Shown here: one piece after another, positions 26,215 to 32,109 of the stretch | Layout: each line of letters starts with the position of its first letter | Numbering within the stretch: position 1 is the stretch's first letter | IMG/VR virus record: IMGVR_UViG_3300024500_000075 | Coordinates: 1-32,109 of that record | Direction: 5' to 3' (one strand) | Source: a virus | Lineage: Duplodnaviria; Caudoviricetes | DNA length: 32,109 nt | The notes under the pieces: generated by a model | Database searches by the model: none | What the model was told of the DNA's origin: nothing | Seen by the model: only the letters and a program-made list of their open reading frames with translations | Position numbers and translations under genes: made by a program

Positions 26215-26221
26215 CGAACAA

Positions 26222-27136
26222 TTAAAGCCCAGTTGTGTAGGTATGGATCAATCCAACTGCAACAACTGCTGTGACTACTCCAATAAGGACCCTGTAGTAG
26301 TCCTTAAAGTCTGACCCAAAAATACGCTTTCCAATAATCATGCATTTATGCATAGGAGAAAGGATATATCCAGCCCAGTTTACTGCAAAAAGCAAAGGAA
26401 GGTACATCTGACCAAAAATTGGCAATATGACTCCAAGTACTCCAGCAAATTTTCCACTGCTTCCCAAAATAAATGAAAGGACAAAGGATCCAATTAAGGT
26501 CAAAATTAGGACGTCGGATGTATGAGAATTTCCAATTAGATTAGCAATAGAATCTTTATAGTATCCAACAATATTGCCTGCCATCAATAGACCAGTAACA
26601 ATAAGCAATGTAATAATATTATCTTTTACAATAGCCTTTGTATCTAACTTTTGAATTTCCCGTTTTGATCGAATATTAATTTCTACATCTTCTTCTTTGA
26701 TCTTTCCAAAAATATACCACAATGTGCATGCAACAACTGTTGCAAGCAAAGGCCAGGTAGAACCAAAGAATGACCAATAGCTAATATTAAGAGCTGCCAT
26801 TGGAAGAATAACTGTTTTTTCTAGTGGAGACCAAAAATAGAAATGATGAGTTGCCAAATAATCAATAACTCCATATTTTTTTCTACGTTCATCTCCTTCA
26901 ACTGGAGCCAATGTGTTTAGCACTCCAGCTGAAATAACTACACGGCCATTAATTGGAAGTACTCCAGAAATAGCAGATGTTAAAGCAATAACTGCTCTCT
27001 TTGACTTTACTTTCTTTGCAACAAAGGAGTAAAGCGGCTGAAAAATATCATACTTACGTGCCTGATAAGATAAAGCCAAAACAGTTCCAAGCATGAGAAT
27101 GTAATACCATTCTTCAAATAATACTGATGCTGTCAT
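26222..27136 (-). CDS. Polytopic membrane protein, DUF401-like (ion-transporter superfamily); start revised to ATG at 27136
   Basis: Many hydrophobic helices. ISGVLPINGRVVISA, YLATHHFYFWSPLEKTVIL and AGYILSPMHKC parallel DUF401 motifs as I recall them (LLPMPGG..SA, WFRH...PLY, LSPxHxC). ATGA overlap with the upstream gene. Confidence 0.65.
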   Translation of the reverse strand: MTASVLFEEWYYILMLGTVLALSYQARKYDIFQPLYSFVAKKVKSKRAVIALTSAISGVLPINGRVVISAGVLNTLAPVEGDERRKKYGVIDYLATHHFYFWSPLEKTVILPMAALNISYWSFFGSTWPLLATVVACTLWYIFGKIKEEDVEINIRSKREIQKLDTKAIVKDNIITLLIVTGLLMAGNIVGYYKDSIANLIGNSHTSDVLILTLIGSFVLSFILGSSGKFAGVLGVILPIFGQMYLPLLFAVNWAGYILSPMHKCMIIGKRIFGSDFKDYYRVLIGVVTAVVAVGLIHTYTTGL

Positions 27137-28782
27137 TTTATTTTTCTTTCTACTACTAGTATATATAGCCCATTCCACCAGTCTTTATCTGATTCTAGAG
27201 CATTTAATACTTTCTTACTATACAATATTTTTAATCCAGAATCAACAATTCCTTTATATGCAGACTGAACAACTTCTGTCCAATTAGCGTCATCAAAAAT
27301 GACAACGGCATTTTCTGCAAATACCTTGGAATAATATCTTACTGCATCATAGGTAGACTTGGCATCATGTGGTCCATCATAAAAAAATAAATCCACATTA
27401 TCAATGTTTGATAAATCTACTTTAAACATATCTGAGTTTGATATGTAAACCTTGTTGTTTCCAATATATGGTTTTATATTATTTTTAAATTCTTCAACCG
27501 TGTTTGTTTTAGGGGTGTCCCAATCTGGCCTTACTGATTGTGGGGCTACCTTCCAATTATCTATAAGATATGCTTCTATAGAATTGCCACTTAATGCTGC
27601 CGCCGCAGTTGCGCCTTGATAAGACCCAACCTCTAAATATTTTTTAGAATGTTTAGCAATTTTATTTATAAAAGATTGAACTCTTGTGCTGGTAAGCCCA
27701 GGAACGTCAATCTCTACAGGCTCATTTACTGAATTTACAAGTTCTTGTGCGACCATGGCAACTTTTGAGTTAATATGATTGCCATATTTGGCAGCCATTA
27801 TTTTGTCACAATAGCCACAATCCCAGCAATCAAATTTACAATTTTTGATCTTATTACGCCAGATGGTAATCGGTTTATCAACCATATTAGTTTCTTCAAT
27901 AAAATCATTAAAGCTGTCAAATAAAATTTCTTCATTATTTGCATACCTCCTGATTATATTCATGGTTTCTTTAAGTCTTGTATGTGATTCCCGCCCATGC
28001 ATCTTAATCACATCTATGCCCAAATCATTTAAAAATTCGTCCCAGTCTGCTTTCCAAGGTGGAAAATTGGCAGTCTTTAAAGAATGTGCAAAATCTTCAT
28101 GGTCCCACTTTGGACAAGAAACTCTGCTTATGGGGTCATTAAAATACTGTGGGCCGTCTGATCTTGTATTATTAAACTGATAATGTTCATCCATCATTAT
28201 ACACCCGCCATAGCAACTTTCATTGGCCAGTAGCGACAGTTTCACGTGAAACTGTTTAGCAGCTTTTTTAAACCTTAATAGCCTTTCATGGTCTCTCATT
28301 AAATCACGATCTAAATTTATATAATCAAAGCCTGCCTTAGCCAACTTTTCTATGTCTCTTGGCTCTGATACATTACGAAGTATTGTATTTTTAACAAATA
28401 GGTCTGGGAATGATTTTTTAATTTGTCCAGTTGCCATCCAATGGGTGTGAGGAATTGTTGCTGATTTAATGCCTGCTTCATATAAAGGCTTAAATGATTC
28501 AATAAATAAATCTAAATTTTCTTGAGATGGTCTTACTTCAATATTATTAAAAACTGCAGAAGCAGTAACTCCAGTTTCAGACTGTATATATAATGCCAAT
28601 TCATTTAAATATTCATGGGTTCCATCTCCCACAAATATGTCGCCCATAGCATCCTGATTAAACGGAGGTATTCTACAAGTAAAATAAAAATCGTATATGT
28701 ACGACTTATATTGTTTTAAAAAATTTATAAAGTCGTTTAACTGATCTTCTTTTAATTTAGGGTTAAGCGGTACGCTAAACAT
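27133..28782 (-). CDS. U32-family ('peptidase'/Fe-S hydroxylase-like) domain fused to a class I SAM methyltransferase
   Basis: N-terminal part: GFDYINLDRDL, LLANESCYGGC, SCPKW, GIDVIKMHGRE (compare U32 G..S.KIEGR), then CKFDCWDCGYC. C-terminal part: YLEVGSYQGAT, LIDNW, DLFFYDGPHD, VIFDD (Methyltransf_24-like). Confidence 0.8.
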   Translation of the reverse strand: MFSVPLNPKLKEDQLNDFINFLKQYKSYIYDFYFTCRIPPFNQDAMGDIFVGDGTHEYLNELALYIQSETGVTASAVFNNIEVRPSQENLDLFIESFKPLYEAGIKSATIPHTHWMATGQIKKSFPDLFVKNTILRNVSEPRDIEKLAKAGFDYINLDRDLMRDHERLLRFKKAAKQFHVKLSLLANESCYGGCIMMDEHYQFNNTRSDGPQYFNDPISRVSCPKWDHEDFAHSLKTANFPPWKADWDEFLNDLGIDVIKMHGRESHTRLKETMNIIRRYANNEEILFDSFNDFIEETNMVDKPITIWRNKIKNCKFDCWDCGYCDKIMAAKYGNHINSKVAMVAQELVNSVNEPVEIDVPGLTSTRVQSFINKIAKHSKKYLEVGSYQGATAAAALSGNSIEAYLIDNWKVAPQSVRPDWDTPKTNTVEEFKNNIKPYIGNNKVYISNSDMFKVDLSNIDNVDLFFYDGPHDAKSTYDAVRYYSKVFAENAVVIFDDANWTEVVQSAYKGIVDSGLKILYSKKVLNALESDKDWWNGLYILVVERKIK

Positions 28783-28787
28783 ATTAC

Positions 28788-29336
28788 CTACAGGTCTATT
28801 GGTTGTGCTGCTATATTTGGGTCATGTTGTACACCAAAACGTTTATCCATTAGTATACCAGTTTCTACCCAATCTTGGCAAGAGTCTATCTCTTGTTCTA
28901 CCAACTTTTTCTTTTGAAGTAAGACATGTTCAGATGACCAACTATTGTCCCTTAACCAAGAGGGTGTGTTGTTAGAAATATTGATCTTGTTATTGTAATG
29001 TTTATTTAACATAAAATACATTACACATTTTTGAAAAAGACAAGCGTTTGCTTTATCTTCTTCTGTTAAAAAATATTGAAATTTATCTTTATAAGGCACC
29101 AATAAATCTTTATTTATTTGATCATAAACTTCTGTATTTGGCCTTACATTTATATAACCTTTATATTTTGCTACAAATTTATAGGCCATTGCTACATCTT
29201 TTGTTAAATATACAGCATTTGGCAATACGGAATATGTAATTAAAGAATCATGAATTTCGCCGACCATGATTCCGTTCCATGAGCCTATTTCTTTAATGTA
29301 TGGGCTTTTATCCTCTACATCATAGATCAAATACAT
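28788..29336 (-). CDS. Hypothetical protein
   Basis: 182 aa, TAATG-coupled to the upstream gene. No family recognised. Confidence 0.75.
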   Translation of the reverse strand: MYLIYDVEDKSPYIKEIGSWNGIMVGEIHDSLITYSVLPNAVYLTKDVAMAYKFVAKYKGYINVRPNTEVYDQINKDLLVPYKDKFQYFLTEEDKANACLFQKCVMYFMLNKHYNNKINISNNTPSWLRDNSWSSEHVLLQKKKLVEQEIDSCQDWVETGILMDKRFGVQHDPNIAAQPIDL

Positions 29337-30064
29337 TAATTAAGCTCTTCCCATGCTGATGGGGCAGACTCAAGTTGTAGTCTATTTTTAATCTCTCCCT
29401 GCAAAAGCTCTAGGTGCTGGTTGGTTTCTAAAGCTTTAGATATTGCATTTTCTAATGCCAGTTCTCTAATTGGTTTTGGAAGTTGATCTATTGCTTCCAT
29501 ATTACCATTATTTACACGGCCATAAAACATTAAATCGTAGCCTGCTTGAGCCCCAAGTCTTACGGCCCAAAGCTCTGCTTCTAATCTTTCTTCTTCTTCA
29601 TGGTTTCCAATTATGTCTATAATTTTTCTACCATCTGGCAACTTTCCTTCTTCAGACTCATTAAATCTATCAATAAGCATCATATACTTATCTCTTTCTT
29701 CATAAGTAAGAGTAACCATAATTTTTTGAGTTTCTAAAACTCTTTGTTTTTCTTTTATATTTAATTCATGTATTTTTTTCTGAGCAGGAGAATCTGTTTG
29801 ATGTCTTAGTTCATCTTCAAGCTCTATTTCTAATCTTGTACGTTCTATTTTTAATTCCTGATCAATAATTAAATTTTCTCTAGATCCAAGTTCAAGAAGT
29901 AACTGTCTTAATTTTCCAAATGGTGTGTATTGTGAGCCTCCAACAAAATTATCTATTTTAAATACAGGAGTTCCCCATTGTCTATTTGCTGCATACAAAA
30001 GAATGTCTTTCTGGTCTTTTGTGTAGCCAGAAACGTCCGACGTTAAATCGTTAATATATCTCAT
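29336..30064 (-). CDS. Hypothetical coiled-coil protein
   Basis: 242 aa, E/K/L-rich central helix. FKIDNFV.GSQYTPFGKLRQLLLEL motif. AGGT SD. Confidence 0.75.
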   Translation of the reverse strand: MRYINDLTSDVSGYTKDQKDILLYAANRQWGTPVFKIDNFVGGSQYTPFGKLRQLLLELGSRENLIIDQELKIERTRLEIELEDELRHQTDSPAQKKIHELNIKEKQRVLETQKIMVTLTYEERDKYMMLIDRFNESEEGKLPDGRKIIDIIGNHEEEERLEAELWAVRLGAQAGYDLMFYGRVNNGNMEAIDQLPKPIRELALENAISKALETNQHLELLQGEIKNRLQLESAPSAWEELN

Positions 30065-30079
30065 TTATCTACCTATCTG

Positions 30080-31012
30080 TTAAGAGCGATATGCTGAATA
30101 CGCTGAGCTTCTGCCGCCAACACCTTTTGACTGCATTCCGCCTCCGCCTTCATATCCTGTGTCTGTTGTATAACTAAATCTCCAAGATCTGTTATTCTGT
30201 GAACCGTTGTAATTTCCAAGCATAAATTGCCAATCCTGCCCCATGTCAAAATTTTCTTCTCCGCAGTTACCAATTGGCTTTGAAACGTTTCCAACGTTTG
30301 ATTCTGTAGCAACATTCCATCTTCTTAAATTGTATCCGCCAGCATAATCGCCTTCGTTACCAGTATACAAATAAGTTCTTTTTGAAGAAATTCCTTTTTG
30401 CTGTCCATGAGCACCATAAATTGTACCAGTTGATTGGGTTTCTGTTGCAAAGGTAAACTTTACTCCTGCGCCAGTACCATTTCCATCCCCGTAGTGCCAT
30501 CCAACATTTTCATGATAAACTGCAGAACCACCAGAACCTCCATTTGTTCCATAAGAAGCGCCGATGCTTGACATCCATGATTGTGTTGCAAAATTAAATC
30601 TCATAATTGCTGCTGATCCATCAAATGGTTTTCCATAAGCATAAGATTGCTCTTTATGCATAATTGTGCCAGAGTTTCCAACATTGTATGGAGAAGATGG
30701 ACCAGTAACAGAAGAATTTGTTCTCATATTATATCTATTTGTATTTGTGCCGCTTCCACCAACACCGTTATTTGCTTTTAGTAGATATGCAAATGTGTCA
30801 TCGCACATTCCTCCAGGATAACCAGAAGAGTTATTTAAAACATTTCCTTTATCAATTGTTGTATCTGTTGAATGTGTTACTTCGTTAACGTTTGTCCAAG
30901 GTGAGCTATTTTGATAGCCAGCCAAAACATAACCAGTTGTTATAACCTGTCTAAGTAAAAATGGCTTTGTTCCGCCTGCGCCAGCTAGATATCGGTTTTG
31001 CGGAAATGGCAT
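30080..31012 (-). CDS. Kelch-like six-repeat beta-propeller protein (putative receptor-binding/virion protein)
   Basis: Six roughly 45-aa repeats centred on EVTHSTDT, RYNMRTNS, RFNFATQS, KFTFATET, RWNVATES and RFSYTTDT. Confidence 0.7.
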   Translation of the reverse strand: MPFPQNRYLAGAGGTKPFLLRQVITTGYVLAGYQNSSPWTNVNEVTHSTDTTIDKGNVLNNSSGYPGGMCDDTFAYLLKANNGVGGSGTNTNRYNMRTNSSVTGPSSPYNVGNSGTIMHKEQSYAYGKPFDGSAAIMRFNFATQSWMSSIGASYGTNGGSGGSAVYHENVGWHYGDGNGTGAGVKFTFATETQSTGTIYGAHGQQKGISSKRTYLYTGNEGDYAGGYNLRRWNVATESNVGNVSKPIGNCGEENFDMGQDWQFMLGNYNGSQNNRSWRFSYTTDTGYEGGGGMQSKGVGGRSSAYSAYRS

Positions 31013-31513
31013 TTAAATCTCCACATTATACTTTAAAGTAATAGAGTTAATACCAAGTTGTGGCCATGTAATATTAAATGGATCTTCTTGGTCTGTAATA
31101 TTTCTAAGAGCTTGACGATAAGATGTAATTTTTGTTTTATCAGATTCAGAAAACGAATTAAATACATCTGATGTCATTAAATAATCTGTTGAAGCAATTG
31201 TGTTGTCTCTATGATATCTTATTTGAGACCATCTAGATTCTACAAGGGCATCTTTTTCAGATTTAGTTAAGTTTAAAACTTTATAGTAGCCAACTACTGC
31301 TCCTGCGTTCCACTCTCTAACAAATTCAACCTTTTTAGTTTTGTTGTCATATTCTGGAACTGTTGGATCATCTTGAACTACATACCAATTGTCAAAACCT
31401 TCTAGGTGGCGTTGCAAAATTGGTGACGGAAAATGTGTTGATGGATAAAGCTCTCTAAGAGATTGCTCATCAACAATTTGTACAATTTCTTCATCTATAA
31501 CTTGTGCGTACAT
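31013..31513 (-). CDS. Tail fibre assembly chaperone-like protein (start revised to ATG at 31513)
   Basis: WSQIRYHRDNTIASTDY...YRQALRNITDQEDPFNITWP is the characteristic phage tail assembly chaperone (APC) C-terminus. TAATG overlap. Confidence 0.8.
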   Translation of the reverse strand: MYAQVIDEEIVQIVDEQSLRELYPSTHFPSPILQRHLEGFDNWYVVQDDPTVPEYDNKTKKVEFVREWNAGAVVGYYKVLNLTKSEKDALVESRWSQIRYHRDNTIASTDYLMTSDVFNSFSESDKTKITSYRQALRNITDQEDPFNITWPQLGINSITLKYNVEI

Positions 31514-31908
31514 TATCTTGAGTCCTTCATTGCTACTTGTCCTCGCCATGATGTTCCATTATCGTAGGTTACGAATGTGATAACATCAATTCCACCAGAG
31601 GTTAAAGAAGGAGCTGTTGCTCCTGGATATTTTGCATTTGTAAATGATACTGTATAAGATCCTCCACCAGTAAGTTGTAGGGAGAAAGATACAACTCCAG
31701 AAGCTGGAGTATTTGTAATGTTAAATGTTGTATTACCATTAAGAGTACATGTAAAATCATTTGATAAAGATAGATCGAGGTTTACGGTACCGCTTGTTGT
31801 TCCTAAATCTCTTCTTCCAGTCCTATATGTTGCAAGTGTTTGACCTGTTGTTGTAATATTTGAAAAATTCATTGTTGAATTTACAACTTCATCATAATAA
31901 ATTGGCAT
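31513..31908 (-). CDS. Small tail-fibre knob-like protein (start revised to ATG at 31908)
   Basis: GGAGG SD then TAATG overlap. LDLSLSNDFTCTLNGNTT...APSLTSGGIDVITFVTYDNGTSWRG. Paralogue of 23663..24100. Confidence 0.7.
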   Translation of the reverse strand: MPIYYDEVVNSTMNFSNITTTGQTLATYRTGRRDLGTTSGTVNLDLSLSNDFTCTLNGNTTFNITNTPASGVVSFSLQLTGGGSYTVSFTNAKYPGATAPSLTSGGIDVITFVTYDNGTSWRGQVAMKDSR

Positions 31909-32109
31909 TATACAAGCCTCCAACCACGAGTATTGTCTGAATAAACTAATTGAAGTCTGGCATTGTTTGTGTTAACAATAAGGTCCTGAGCTTGTCCCAT
32001 AATTGGAACACCATTTCTTGCAATTGTAAAGTTTGTTGTTGCAGCAGTTCCTGCTGCATCTACTATAATAACAGCATTTCCAAGTGACGGTGTTGCTGGA
32101 AGAGTAAGT
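31908..32109 (-). CDS. C-terminus of a tail fibre-like protein (partial; absent from the ORF track)
   Basis: My translation: LTLPATPSLGNAVIIVDAAGTAATTNFTIARNGVPIMGQAQDLIVNTNNARLQLVYSDNTRGWRLV*. This TLP..P..G..V...D...I.RNG..I.G...LVY...GW module is common in phage tail fibres. Confidence 0.75.
   Translation of the reverse strand, partial: LTLPATPSLGNAVIIVDAAGTAATTNFTIARNGVPIMGQAQDLIVNTNNARLQLVYSDNTRGWRLV

Larger units (their letters stand above)
1..32109 (-). mobile_element. Tailed bacteriophage (siphovirus-like) virion morphogenesis and accessory region
   Basis: Co-oriented portal, protease, MCP, head-tail genes, tail tube, chaperone, TMP and Dit in canonical siphovirus order. No host housekeeping genes. 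Free phage versus prophage cannot be decided here. Confidence 0.95.

Noticed and set aside
26222-27136. Holin
   Set aside because: It is too long, has too many TM segments, carries transporter-like motifs and has no endolysin nearby.
27805-27840. Radical SAM enzyme (CxxxCxxC inside CKFDCWDCGYC)
   Set aside because: The motif has a fourth Cys and lies after a U32-like barrel rather than near the start of a radical SAM core. It is better read as an auxiliary metal site.
318-29239. Plus-strand ORFs in the track (e.g. 3625..4170, 13706..14347, 23005..23433)
   Set aside because: They are antisense shadows of biased minus-strand genes, with no recognisable motifs, and lie on top of credible genes.
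2645-30315. Short alternative-frame minus ORFs (2645..2851, 12897..13127, 22699..23031, 24497..24682, 24686..25078, 30073..30315)
   Set aside because: They are nested out of frame in strong genes and are explained by low-complexity Gly/Ala codons.
1-32109. Stop-codon reassignment, introns/inteins, tRNAs
   Set aside because: Genes tile the strand under the standard code with TAA, TAG and TGA all used as stops. Portal, MCP and protease are uninterrupted, and no intergenic gap shows a cloverleaf.

Overview
This is a 32 kb AT-rich segment of a long-tailed (siphovirus-like) bacteriophage genome. All credible genes are on the minus strand and many are translationally coupled (TAATG, ATGA or TAGTG overlaps). 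In transcription order (right to left) there are four blocks. (1) Tail-fibre or adhesin genes ending in a six-repeat kelch-like propeller. (2) A coupled non-structural cassette: coiled-coil protein, hypothetical protein, a U32-family (Fe-S hydroxylase-like) domain fused to a SAM methyltransferase, and a DUF401-like membrane protein. (3) A paralogue-rich virion accessory cluster: two polyglycine adhesins, chaperones, LamG proteins and a PASTA/FN3 mosaic protein. (4) The core morphogenesis genes: portal, prohead protease/scaffold with an internal start, HK97-fold major capsid, head-tail joining genes, tail tube, tail assembly chaperone with a -1 frameshift signal, a 2092-aa tape measure, a Dit-like protein and a truncated tail tip gene. 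No terminase, lysis, replication, tRNA or CRISPR features are visible. Housekeeping-sigma promoters, two leaderless-type starts and PASTA domains suggest an actinobacterial or other monoderm host (inference). All family assignments come from motif recognition and gene order, not database searches.
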